A stretch of 64,000 nt of DNA from the human T2T-CHM13v2.0 reference genome, Homo sapiens: the NCBI RefSeq assembly GCF_009914755.1, contig NC_060938.1, one strand, 5' to 3'. The translations under genes and the position numbers were made by a program. This document shows positions 1 to 13,180 of this stretch, piece after piece (position 1 is the stretch's first letter; each line of letters begins with the position of its first letter). Under the pieces are notes generated by a model, which was not told where the DNA came from, searched no databases, and saw only the letters and a program-made list of their open reading frames with translations.

Positions 1-3000
1 TCACCACAAGGATCCCTCCTGTTACCCTCTTATAGCCATACTAACTTCCTGTAGGCCTATTTATGATATCCCTATTCTGTTCCATTGACCTGTGTCTTTT
101 TGCCAGTACTCTGAAGTATTTATTACTGTAGCTGTACAGTAAGTTTTGAAATCATGTAGATTGATTCCTCCTACTTCATTTTTCTTTTTCAATATTGCTT
201 CAGGTATTCTAGTTTCTTTTAATTTCCATACACATTTTTAAATAATCCTGACTATCTCTCCCAAAACAATCTTGCTTGGATTTTGACGGAAATTGTGTTA
301 AATCTGTATATCAATTTGAGAGAATTAAATCTTCACTATGTTGGGGTTTCAATCCATGAACATAGTATATTTCTTAATTTATTAAGACCTTCTTTGATTT
401 TTAATAAACATTCCATAGTTTTCAGCATACAAATTCTGTTTATATTTTTATATCTAAGTGCTTTAAGTTTTTGAGCAATCATAAGTAGTATTTTTAATTT
501 TGGTGGCTACTTGTCCATTGTTCATATAGAGGAATACAACAGACTTTTGTACGTTTATCTTGTGTCCTGTGACCTTGCTGAACTCACATATTGGTTCTAT
601 GTGTGTGTGTGTATGTGTAGATTACTTGGGATTTTCTACATAGAAATTATGTTATCTGCAAATAATGACAGTTATATTTGTTTCTTCCAGAGCCGTATGT
701 ATTTTTTTAAATTTCCTTATTTTACTGGCTAGAACTTCCAGCACTGTGTTGAATAAAAACAGTGTGAGCAGACATTCTTACTTTGTTTATGATCTTAAGG
801 GCAAAGCATTCAGTCAAGCACCATGGTTAGCTATTGGTTTTCTGTAGCTGCTCTTTATTAAGATGAAGAAGTTCATCTCTATTTTTATTCTTCTGAGAGT
901 GGGTGTTAAATTTTGTCAGATGCTATTTATGTGTCAATTGATATAACCATGTGTTTTTTTCTTCTTTAGCTGAAGAATGTGCTAGATTACATTGATAGGT
1001 TTTTGAATATTGAAACAACTTGCATCCTTGGAGTATACCCCAGTTGGTCATGGTATATAATTCTTTGTATATATTGTTAAATTCTGTTTGCCAATATTTT
1101 GTTAAGGTTTTTTGTGTCTATATTTATAAAGGATATTGATGTGTAGTTTTCTTTTTTGTACCGTTTTTGTCTCATTTTGGTATCACGATAATAACTTCAT
1201 AAAATGAATTGCAGTATCTCCCTTTTCTCTATTTTCTGGAAGTTATTTTATAGAATTAGTTAATTAATTTAAATGTTTGGTAGAATATTCCAGGGTAACC
1301 ATCTGGACCTAGAGATTTTATTTTGGGAAGTATTTTAATTATAGATTTAATTTCCTTAATAGTTATGTAGCTATTCAAATGATCTCTTCCATATTCAATG
1401 ATTTGGGGTAGACAGTGTTTTTTTGAGGAATTGGTCCATTTCACTTAAATTATCAAATTTATGTAAGTATTATCAAATTTATGTATGTATTCCTTTATTA
1501 TCCTTTTGATATGTTCGGGGGCTGTAGTGATATCCCTTCTTTTATTTCTGATATTGACAATTTGTGTCTTCTGTCTAACTTTGTCAGTCTTGCAAGATGC
1601 TTGTTGATTTTGAGCTTTTCAAGGAATCATCTCTTTGTTTTATTAATTTTCTATACTTATTTCATTTTTACTTTCATTAGTTGTTGCTTTTGTCTTTATC
1701 TTCCATTTACTTTGGATTTATTATTTTTTTTTAGGTTTTCGAGATGTGGCCTTAGATTATAAATTTGACTTCCCCCCCTTTTCTAATATATGCAGTTAGT
1801 GCTATAAATTTTCCTCTCAGCACTGCTTTAGTTATGTCCTATAAATTTTGATATGTTTTATTTTTCCTTTAGCTTAAAGCACTATTTGGTTTTCTTGAGA
1901 CTTCCTTTTTGACTTATATATTATTTAGAAATGTCTTATTTAATTTACAACTGTTTACTTGTTTTTGTTGTTGTTGTTGTTTCATTTGGTTTAATGTTGG
2001 TTGGCACATGCACTGCATATGATTTCAATTATTTTGATTTTGTTGAGGTTTGTTTTGTGGTCCAGGATGTGGACTATCTTGGAAAAAAATGTGTATTCTT
2101 TTACTGTTGGGTGGAGTGTTTGATAAATGCCAATTATTAATAGATACTGTTAGTTGATGGTGTTACTGGGTTCTATCTCTTTGTGATTTTCTATCTAGTT
2201 GTCCTATCGATTATTGAGAGAAGGGTGTGAAGTCTAAAACTCTAATTGGATTTATCTCATTTTTCCGTTTTCAGTTTTTGCTTCACATACTTTGCAGATT
2301 TGTTGTTTGGTACAGTTACATTTAGGTGGATTGACTCTTTTATCATTATATGTTAATCCTCCCTGTTTTTGTGATTTTTTTTGTCCTGAAGTCTAATGTA
2401 TTTGATATTAATAGAGCCATTCCTGATTTCTTTTGATTATCTTTGTGTGATTTATCTTTTTCTATCATCTTATTTTCATCCTGTCTGTATCACTCTATTA
2501 GAATTGAATTCTTTGTAGATAGCATATAGTTGGGTGATGTTTTTAATCTATTTTGCTATTTTCTGTCTTTTACATATTTAGACTCTTTATATTTAATATC
2601 ATCATTTATATGTAAGGGTGTAAGTCTACTATTTCATTGTTTTCTATTTGTTCTCTGTGTTTCTCTTTTCTTTTTCTGCCTTCCTGTTTGTTACTTGAAT
2701 TTTTTTTAATTTAGTATTTTGATTTATCTATGGTATTTTGAATGTATTTCTTTGTATAGCTTTTTAAGTGATTGCTCTAGGTATTACACACACATGCCAC
2801 ACACACTCACACAATCATAGTCTACTAGTCTCATTTTAACTGTCCATGTGAAGTGTGGAAACCTTTATGTAATCCTCCCTTTATGACTCTTTACCCTCCC
2901 CTATTTATAATTTTAAATATTTTGCCTACATGTAGTTAGAACCATGTCACACAGTGTTATAATTTTTATTTCAATCATCAGACAGAATTTAGGAGGCTCA

Positions 3001-3402
3001 AAGGAGAAGAAAAGTCTATTTGTCCACATTTTTGCTTACTGTGTTGTTCTTCCTGATGTTTTGATTTCTCTTTTAAAAAGTCATTTTCTTTGTTTAGGGA
3101 AATTTTGTTAGCCATTATTTGAAGGTAGGTGGTCTGGCAATAACTTCTTTCAGTTTTCTTTCATCTGAAAATATGTTGAGTTTTCCTAATTCCTGAAGGA
3201 CATTTTCACAGATAAGAATTCTAGATTGACAGTCATTTTCTTTCTGCATTTAAAACATGTTGTGCCACTTCCTCTGGCCTCTATGGCTTTTGATGAGAAA
3301 TATGCTATCATTCAAATTATTTTTCCATTATAGGCAAGATGTCATTTTTCTCTGACTGTTTTCAAGATTTTTTTTTGGTCTTCAGTTTTGGAAGTTCTGA
3401 TA
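1..3402 (-). mobile_element. Old L1 (L1M-type) LINE, antisense, ORF2-region fossil
   Basis: Long T-rich tract. The minus-strand ORF 1256-1444 (…LNSYITIKEIKSIIKILPKIKSLGPDGYPGIFYQTFK) resembles L1 ORF2p LNRPIT..EIEAII..LP.KKSPGPDGFTAEFYQ. Many stops. Confidence 0.9.
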
Positions 3403-3741
3403 TGTTATTGTAGTCAGCTCAGATTGCCATCACACAATATCATAGACTGAGGTGGCTTGAACAATAGAAATTTATTTTCTCACTGTCTGTAGGCTACAAG
3501 TCTGAGATCAGGGTGCCGGGTGGTCAAATTCTGGTTGGGGCTCTCTTTCTGGCTTACAGATGAGAGAGTTCTCTCTCTTCCTCTTCCTATAAGGCTACTA
3601 ATCCTATCAAATTAAGACCCTACCCTTATGACCTCATTTAATCCTAATTGCCTCCTAAAAGCCCTATCTCCAAGTACAGTTACGTTGGGAGTTAGGGCTT
3701 CAACATATGAATTTTAGGGGTGCACAATTCAGTCCATAGCA
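3403..3741 (-). mobile_element. MLT1A-like ERVL-MaLR solo LTR inserted in the L1
   Basis: Ends CAGTCCATAGCA (reverse complement of the MLT1A start TGCTATGGACTG); typical AGAAATTTATTTTCTCAC and CTTCAACATATGAATTT motifs. Confidence 0.85.
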
Positions 3742-4215
3742 TGTGCCATCATGTGGATTTAAACATTTTATTTAACCTGCTTGCACTTTACTAATCTTCT
3801 TGAGTCATTTAGTTTGATGTCTCTTACCACGGTTGGGGAGTTTTAAGTTATTACTTCTTTAAGTACTTTTCAGCCATGCCTCCTTTGTCCTCTTCCTCTT
3901 GGACTTCATTACAGAAATGTTACACCTTTTGCTATAGTCCACAGACCCTGTGGCTCCATTCACCTTCTTCTCTTTTCTTGCTGCTGTTTAGATTGGGTAA
4001 TGTCTATCTTCCAATTAATTGATTTTTCTCCCCCTCTGTGTCCTCCATTCTGCTGTTGTGCCCATTCACTGCGATTTTTATTTTGGTTATTGTAGTTTAT
4101 CAGTTATTCTGTTTTTTTTTCCCATTCTTAAAATGTCATTTTTGTTCTTATTTATATTTTCTTTTTAGTTGCAGAGACTTTTATTTCATTGCTGAGACTA
4201 TACTCCTTGAAGCAC

Positions 4216-4521
<306 letters not shown>

Positions 4522-4549
4522 TGAAGTGCTTTTAAAATGACTGTTTTAG

Positions 4550-4870
<321 letters not shown>

Positions 4871-7482
4871 TTACTATTGGCATCTATTGATTGTCTCTTT
4901 TTATTCATTTTGAGATCATCTCAGTTCTTGCTATGATGTGTTTCCATTGAAACCTGGACACTTTGGTTATTATTTTGAGACTCTGGGTCTTATTTAAACT
5001 TTCTGTTTTACTTGGCTTTGTCTGACACTTCTCTGTCGGGGAAAGGTGGTTGGGGGAACCACCTCCTTACTATTTCATTCAGGTAAAAGTCTAGGTTCTC
5101 TACTTGGCCAATATTGACACATGAGGGTGGGGCTTGTTACTGTTGGGCAGAGTTTGGAGGTCTGGCTTCCTATGAGGCCTCCATTGATACCTCCCTATCT
5201 AAGAGTGAAAGAAATGCCTTGTTACTATTCCCCATGTGGCCTCCATTGATACTGTGATGATAATGGTGGAATTGCCTCATTATGTTGGGTGCTGGCAAAA
5301 GTCCTGGCTCTCTACTAGGACTTCATTGACATAACCCCGAGGGGATGGGGAGTGGTGATTTGTTTCTGCTGAATAGAAATAAAAATCCAGGCTCCCCATG
5401 TGGTCTCAATTGACACCATGGAGGTGGAGGGTTTTGTTGTTACATGGCAGAGATGAAAGTCCTGGCTCCTGGCTTGGCCTTATCTGATACCACTCAGGCT
5501 GGCAAGTTGAGACCCCATTATAGCCTAACAAGTGTGAGGGTCTAGGTTCCTCAGTTGTTCTTCACTGGACTGGGTAGATGTGGGACCACACTCTTTCTGT
5601 GATGTTTGGCTGGAGTATGGAAATTGCTTTGTGAAAGTTTTTTGTCTTCCTGGTTCTTTGACTAGAGATAGCAGGCCTTCTATGGGGCTTTTTGTCACAT
5701 TACCAATTTATTCAATACTTAGTCTGAGATATGCGATACAAAACAAAAACACAGAAAACTTATTGCTGTGTCATTCTTTAGATCTCAAGGTCCTGAATTA
5801 GTATACATTCTCCTATCATTTCTTATGGTTGTTTTATATATAGTATAAAAACAACCATATACATAATAAAAATACACATAATAAAATATTTAAAAAATCT
5901 TATGTTTGTTTTATATATAGTATCTAGAGTTTTTAGTTGTACTTAATAGAAGGAATAGAAACAAGCATGTATACTCTATTCTCCCTGAAACAGAAGTCTG
6001 TGCACTTGTTTCAAAAACACCAAAGCATTTGATAAGTGTATGAGAAATGATGGTCAATTACAGTATAGGCTCATTTTGGAAATACGAAGGTTCCCAGGGA
6101 GCTGTCCAGGGTGCTGGACTCTCCTTAAAGCTCTCAGACTCAGTGCATGAGAATTTTCCATTTCTCTGTCTTCTAATTTCTTCTTCTGTTTAACCTTTTT
6201 AAATACCAGCCTCTAACTACTCTGCTCTACCCTTCCATACTCAATGTCTAACTGCTGCCTGGTGAATTTGTGGTTAGTTGGCCCTTAATAACTAGTGATG
6301 CATTGGCTATTTTTGACAGTAATTTTTATTTGCTATCCATTCTAGCTATTCGCTAGTCTGGCTGAATCCTTGGGAAATTCACAACACTGTCATAGTCTTC
6401 AATTGCTTGTGTCACTGCCACCTCTAGCCATTAAGTTGCTCTGTTTTGTAGAATGGTAGAAAAAGTCCTCCGGAAAAATGCAAGGCAGCAGAGAGGCCCC
6501 TCCCTCAAGATCCTAATAGTGTCAGAGGGAAACTAGAATTAGCTATGTAACTAGGGGAAATTTTCTCACATCATTTATCTATACTACATTTACTATTCTT
6601 TGTTTTTACAATATCTATTGTAACAGAAAATAAATAATTGACCAGTCTGTGTTTTGTTTTCTTTTTCTTTCAGTATTTGCAGAGAAATAACTGTAAAACA
6701 TTTTACTTCATTCTATTAGAAATATTGAAAGGGGATGATGCAGCCATGGCAGAAAAAGGCATTATTCCCCTTTAAGAGAAATTTCTCTCAGACATAGAAA
6801 AAATACAGCAGTCTCCTATTATGAGTTGACCTTGGAGCCAAGAAGTAGTAGTTATTCCCTCCATCCATTCCATTACTAATACAGCAGGCAAAAGTCAGAA
6901 AGATTAGTTTCAAAATTTCTATAACCTCGAAGTAAAGTTTCAGCTGTCTTCCTTTATCTGACAGTGTTTTTACTGGTGGTACTTTTAAGACTTAAACCAA
7001 CCATAGGCAACTATTTTCTCTTCTTGAGCTTTATGGGCATCTTTTATAGAAACTTTACCTAGCTGTCAGTCTATTAACTCCCAAGTATTTAGTTTGATTC
7101 ATCGGATTGCGGATATTTCTAAAAGGTACCGCAAAAATACATGGGCCTGAGAATCCTCAAGGGGGTTGGATTCCAGTGAGCTAGTGAAGGATCTTCAAGG
7201 TGTTTATTGAGCACTTATTCCCTGGACTGTGCATGATGCTGTATAGGCATTATTAAGTTAAACCTGACAATTCTCTAAGTTATGGACTTAGTATGTAATT
7301 GATGGTCTCTGTCTTCAAAGTGGAAATACACTCTCCACTGTGTTTATGAAAATCACTAAATGACTGCCTGGCTGGGTGTATGCAGTCGGTTTCTCTCTGA
7401 TTACCAGTGATAGATTATCATGATTAATCCTCACCATTTCCCATTCTCCTCTGCACCCTCCCCCAATTTTTATGATGAAAAC

Positions 7483-8272
7483 CATCTTCATCTGTTTGTG
7501 CTGCTATAATAACATACCTGAGACTGGGGAATTTATAAACAAGGGAAATTTATTTCTCACAGTTCTGGAGGCTGAGAAGTCCAATATCAAAGTGCTGGCA
7601 GGTTCAGCATCTGGTGAGGACCCTGTTCCCTGCTTCCAAGATGGTGCCTTCTTGCTAATCCTCTGGAGGTGACAAATGCTCTGTCCTCACACGGTAAAAG
7701 GTGGAAAAGCAAAAAGGTCTAAGTTAGTTCCCTCCAGTCATTTTATAAAGCACTAGTGGGGTCCCAAAATGCCACTTTTTATTTTTTTTGGGATGGCGTC
7801 TTTCTCTGTTGCCCAGGCTGGAGTGCAATAGCGTGATCTTGGCTCACTGCAGCCACCGCCTCCTGGGTTCAAGTGATTCTCCTGCCTCAGCCTCCTGAGT
7901 AGCTGGAATTACAGGCACCCGCCACCATGCCTGACTAATTTTTGTATTTTTAGTAGAGACATGGTTTTGCCATATTGGCCAGGCTGATCTTGAACTCCTG
8001 ACCTCAGGTGATCTGCCCTCCTGAGCCTCCCAAAGTGCTGGGATTACAGGCGTGAGCCACCACGTCTGGCCCAAAGGCCACTTTTTAATACCATCACAAT
8101 GAGGATTAGATTTCAACAGTGGAAGGTGGAAAAGCAAAAAGGCCTAAGTTAGTTCTCTCCAGACCTTTTATAAGGCACTAGTTGGGTCCCAAAAGGCCAC
8201 TTTTTAATACCACCACAATGAGTATTAAATTTTAACATAAATTTTGGAAGGGACATAAACATTCAATTCATA
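7483..8272 (-). mobile_element. MST-family (MSTC/D-like) MaLR LTR with an internal duplication and an Alu insertion
   Basis: TGCTGCTATAATAACATACCTGAGACTGGG…TTTATTTCTCACAGTTCTGGAGGCTGAGAAGTCC, ending GGACATAAACATTCA. Confidence 0.85.
7782..8071 (-). mobile_element. AluS
   Basis: Both arms; TSD aaatgccacttttta / aaaggccacttttta. Confidence 0.97.
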
Positions 8273-9236
8273 AATCAAAGGCAGATATTATGCTCCTTTG
8301 CTTGAACAAATAGCCAGTCTCTGGCAATGGACCATTTTCTAACTTGTATAAAGCTGGCTGGCCCACATAAGGATTCAATCTATAACTCATACTTAACTTC
8401 TTGATCTAACCAGCTAAACTATTCATTATAGTTAAAAAGGCAATACACAATAGAGGAACATACTCACTAGTTTCTAAGTTTTAATAATTTTTAATGCCTT
8501 GACTAGATCAAACTAGTAAGATACAGAGCCTGCATTCGATTCCAGGTTTGCTGAATTCCAATGTTGTACAGCTTTAAAAAGGGAATTATTGCATGCTTTA
8601 AAATGGTGTTTCTGTCTCACTGCATGTGGTGAGTGATGAATCACTGAATGGATGATTAACTGTTCTGAATGGTGCGGTTTATTACACATTGTACATTGTG
8701 TGCTATGCACCACTAACCTGCATAGGATCTATGTGTGTTCTTCTGAATATTGAAAAAATGAGGAAAATGGTACTTTCTATCTGCCCTTGAGGATGTTATG
8801 TGTGTTAATAAACTAGCATCTTTGAAGAAAAGATCCACATGCAACGACCTTTTCACTTGATAGCAAGAAGTCTGAATTAGTGAAAAGTCAGAATAAGTGA
8901 TTACTTGGAATTTTAAAAAATCACCTTCAAGAACATTCAGTAGTGAAAACAAAGATTTACTAAGTGGATTGATGGGTCTTTTATTGAATATATAATAATT
9001 CTTAGGAAATTCCTATTTATATGAATTATAAGTGAGTAGGTGCTGCCCAAGTGCTTAAAAGCCGTTTGTTCTTTTAAGAATCTTTACCATTCCTTCTAAG
9101 ACTTTGGAGCATTTGGTGATGTCCTTAACAAGCCATTGTATATAGCAGAGGAGTAAAGTGGAATCACACATAAATGGTCACATATTTCAAATATGAAGAT
9201 GTAAACAGTTTAGGGTCTACTCTGAGCACCTACTTA

Positions 9237-9490
9237 GTGTAGTAGAGCTGAGCAGTTGAAGTCATTTGTTCTGAAATCACATAGGTCTAATCCTGAAATC
9301 CCCTCTTAACCATGTGACTTTGGACAGGTTACCTAGTATCTCTAACATCACCTGTGCTCATTTCTAAAATGGAGAGAATACTGATTAGACATATCTTATA
9401 CGATTTGGGGGCTACTAAATAAGATAATGCATGAAAAGTACTATGAATCATATTTACAACATAATAAAGATCAGCTGCTTCTATTATTAA
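9237..9490 (+). mobile_element. MIR SINE
   Basis: Core TGTGACTTTGGACAGGTTAC…CTCATTTCTAAAATGGAG…GATAATGCATGAAAAG. Confidence 0.75.
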
Positions 9491-9799
9491 TATTAACACT
9501 ATTAAGGAGTAATTTTACAAATGATGCTCTCTCCCTGTGAGAGGTTATGGGTAACAACTGAGTCTATATTTGTTGGCATCATAAGAAGACAACTCCATAT
9601 ATAGTATTCTGCCCCCGGATTTCTGCTTCTTGTTTGAGGTGGGAGCAAAGAAATGACAGGTTCAATCCAAAATATCTTTGAGTTGTTCAGCTAACCGTGG
9701 GATTGGGTGAAGGATTTAGGAAGGCTATGTTTTGGATTTGAAATAAGGGGATTTCAAGACTCCTGTATTTACTACAGAATATTCCAAACTTTTGCAGCT

Positions 9800-10300
9800 A
9801 CCTTGAAACTATGAATCAGCCAATAGGAAGAAGGGGCCCCAGGTAACTGCTGTAGAAACACTGCCGGCTTTCGCCCTGACTTCTTTTCTGCTCACTGCAG
9901 TAGCAACTTAGCTTCAAAATGTCCTCTTTAGTCATGCATTCTGATCAAAGTAGTTATTTAAAGATTGTGGCTAATAGTAGAGTAGATACCCCTGGTATTT
10001 CCCAGAGCAGAGCTCGCATTCTGGGAATCTTAGGTCCATGTGACTTCCTGAGTCAGTGATTCACACTGAGAAAAGAGATAGGTTTGGCATGACACAATCT
10101 GCAGATTCAAATAAATCCCCTGGGAGAGGATGAGGCTGCTGAGAGTCCTCTTTGCTGGCTGAAGCTCCCAGTGTATGCACAAAACACCCTGTCCCGGGCC
10201 CCAGATGTGTGCAGGTTTCTAATTGCCGGTGCTGCACTAAGATTTGAAGGGTGAGAGAGTTGCAAAATCACGAACACCGAGGGCGGTGTTAGGAAGGCAG
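9800..10300 (+). promoter_or_regulatory. Candidate non-CpG-island promoter
   Basis: Repeat-free, with CpGs locally retained. CCAAT 9820-9824; overlapping ETS (ACTTCCTG 10043-10050) and AP-1 (TGAGTCA 10049-10055); GC box GGGCGG 10281-10286; immediately upstream of a perfect splice donor. Confidence 0.5.
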
Positions 10301-10485
10301 CTTCCTGCACACTGTTGTAGGTGTTAGTGAGATTATCAATTGCTCCGGGAGAGACACAGGACTGGAGGGCTTGAGGAATGTGGTGGTCCCTCTCTTCGTT
10401 GTTTCTGCCCCCTGAGGTTGTGCTTTCTCAGGGATATGCACTCTGCACTTCCATTCCTGCAGTGAAATTAACTCGAGCTTGGCAG
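10240..10485 (+). other. Probable non-coding first exon (5' UTR or lncRNA); start uncertain, end set by the donor
   Basis: CAG|GTAAGT consensus donor at 10483-10491; unique sequence; no substantial + strand ORF; TEAD-type GGAATG and CATTCC inside. Confidence 0.55.
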
Positions 10486-12789
10486 GTAAGTCTTTCGGCT
10501 CACCTTTAAAAAGAAAAGATATGTGAGCTGCGGTGGGGGTGGGCTGTTCCCCATTTGCCTTACATTGGATGTATTTTATTGGTGCAAAGTGGTATTTGGA
10601 AGCTTAAATGTGGGGCAGAGGTTTGAAGTAGCCAAATGAACTCTGTGGCCCTGAGAGAAGAGAAAGGATAAACAAAAGAAAGGGAAGGGGACTCAGGCAT
10701 TTTTCTCCTAATAAATCTCTAATTTTTCTTGGAAATTTTGCCTCCAGGCCGATGCCTGGCCCCAGAACAGGGTCTTTGGCATGAGTTATAGCTGTGATGT
10801 TCCCTATTTTCCTTTTTTTTTTTTTTTTAAGTTGTCGCTGCATGGGAGCAGGCAGACAGAAACAGGGTTGCATGTTGTCAATACAGGCTGCAGAAGTCAA
10901 TAAGCAGCCAGACAGGGAATGAAATTGGAGGAGGCAGCTATAGATTTCTTAGGTTATTTCTTGTGAGTTTTTCAGAACTTGTGTGATTCAGGCTTGTCAG
11001 ATACTATTTTGAGCTGGGCTGAGACAAACACATTCCCCTAGTGCACCAGATATTGCCTGCAGCCTCCCAATTTCTGGAGGCACCTGGGTCGGCTTTCTTG
11101 GGGGCAAGGGAATGTCCAAGGAAAGGTCAGGAATGAGGGAATTGGAAACTATGATGGGAAAAACAACTGTTTTACTGCTCTAGAATCTAACAGAAATCAT
11201 AATGTCACCCTGGAGATAATTATTATGCTGTTAGTGATCGGCTTGAGACCAGGGACTGTGCCTCATTCAATTCACTGCTTGGATCAGAGTGAATACTCAA
11301 TAAATGTACAATGATTAAATGTTAGTATCAAAATACATACTTTTGGGATAAGCTCGGATTGATATTCTGGGTTCTGCTTAGAATGATAAGATGGAGTAAT
11401 AAGGGAGAGTAATGTTGATTGGTAGATAATTATGAAGAAATGAGTTCTGTTAAATAGTAGATTAATATCTGCAAGTGGAATTATTAGACAAGGACACACA
11501 AACACAGGGTCTCTCTGCCTGCCTATCGTCTGTCTACTTTCATCTCTGTCTTGTGTTTCACTTGATTCCAGAAGAATTTCAGGCAGCTTATGGGACAAGT
11601 TTAATGAAAATTAACATCATTAGGGATAAAAATGACAAAATATATAGGCTTCATCCAGCAATTGATCTTCTGTGGTTCTACAGTGACATGGACTACAGAT
11701 AACTGAAATGTAAGGGTTACTGTAACTTCATTTAAGCATTTATTTTAACCTCTTCTTCCACTAATCTCATGCTTGATGCTACAAACCTAGAGTAAAGTAG
11801 ATGAATGTTCTGGCCCTGCTGTGGGTCCCAGTGAGGTAAAACTAGCAAAGGGCAGATAACAGTCATGCAGGGGATTGAGTCATACATGGAGGGTTGAATG
11901 TTTTGCCCTTTGGAGGTGATAAAGCAGATAATTGGGTGGCTCTTCTCCATTCCATAGGCTGGGCTGCTCTGTCATAGCTTCACAGTGCTTTGCTTACTTT
12001 TTCTTTCCCCTATTTGAAACTGAATCAGGAAGATCATATTTCCCTTCCGATCCTGCTTAATAAAATATTCTATTATTTTCTCAGCTGCAAAAGTACACTA
12101 TTATCACTGATCATTCCCTCCTCATCTCAGAGTGTTTGTCACTGGCCACAGTTTATATACAAGCTATACAGGCTGCCTGGAACTTGAATTGGCTTTAGAG
12201 TGGATGCTGGGGAAGGGGCGGGGGGGGGGTTCCGGGTATCTGATGAATTCCTGCAACTGCAGGGCTGGGAGCCTGGCGGGGAGCCAAGGGGATTGTGGAC
12301 AGATGCTATGCTTGCTGGGTCGACCTGGCTCAGCTAATATTCCCAGACTTGGAGCTGGGGGACACATTCATTTCATTCAACCCATACAAAAATATGGACT
12401 TAATATCAACTATGTGTACGGCATGGAATTCTTGGCATACTCAGGGTGTCAAACCCAGGAGTCCCTGTTCCCCAAGTAGCTGACTCTGCTACCCACATAG
12501 CAGGTGCTGTTACATTGTCTAGTTTATTTCTCTTGGATGGGAAAATAATTTTATCCTATTCACAAATGAGGAAACCGAGACTCACATATTATGCACCATG
12601 CCTAACATTGCAGGTAGTGAATGGATGAATCATGAGGGAAACTGTTTACTTCAACTGTACTGCACATCTGTAAGAAAAGACATTCAGGAAAGACTTTTAC
12701 AAGACAGTGCATGCTAAGGGCTAGGAAGTTTGGTGAGAGATGGCTCCCATGGAGAAGTAGAAATTAAGATGGGCTTCGAAGCATGAGCA

Positions 12790-13180
12790 GATGACAAAAA
12801 AGCCCAATCCAAACTGGCTTAAACAGCAAGGGGGTGGTTATTGGCTCATGTGATTGAGAAGATCAATGTGACCAAGGTCTGGATATTTCTGTCTTGTGTC
12901 TCCTACCGAGTTGGCTTTATCCTCAATTCAGCTACCTAAAGTCCTCTGGACCCTACCCCCCCGGAAGCTGAAGGATGACTGCGGGAGTTTCAGTCCCCTA
13001 CATAGTTCCTGGGGCCACTTTCTCTCATTAGCCACAACTGTGGCTGGGGGTAGACAGGAGACAGTTTATTCTGTACCCTCTACTAAACAGCATAGGTAAG
13101 ACTAATAGAGAATAAATTTTGCAAAAGGAAAATCTGGGTAGAAGAAGGGGAACGAATGGTTGGTAGCCCACTAATGTCCC
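12790..13180 (-). mobile_element. Old MLT1 (J/K-like) LTR fragment
   Basis: TGACAAAAAAGCCCAATCCAAACTGGCTTAAAC…TTATTGGCTCATGTGA. Confidence 0.6.

Noticed and set aside
1256-1444. ORF with L1 ORF2p similarity
   Set aside because: Short remnant of a dead L1, with stops and frameshifts around it
8633-8668. GTGATGA…CTGA, resembling snoRNA C/D boxes
   Set aside because: Span of ~36 nt is too short and there is no terminal stem or recognisable guide
10240-10485. Assigning a gene symbol to the candidate first exon
   Set aside because: No coding sequence is in view and my recall of this UTR is not reliable; a BLAT search is needed
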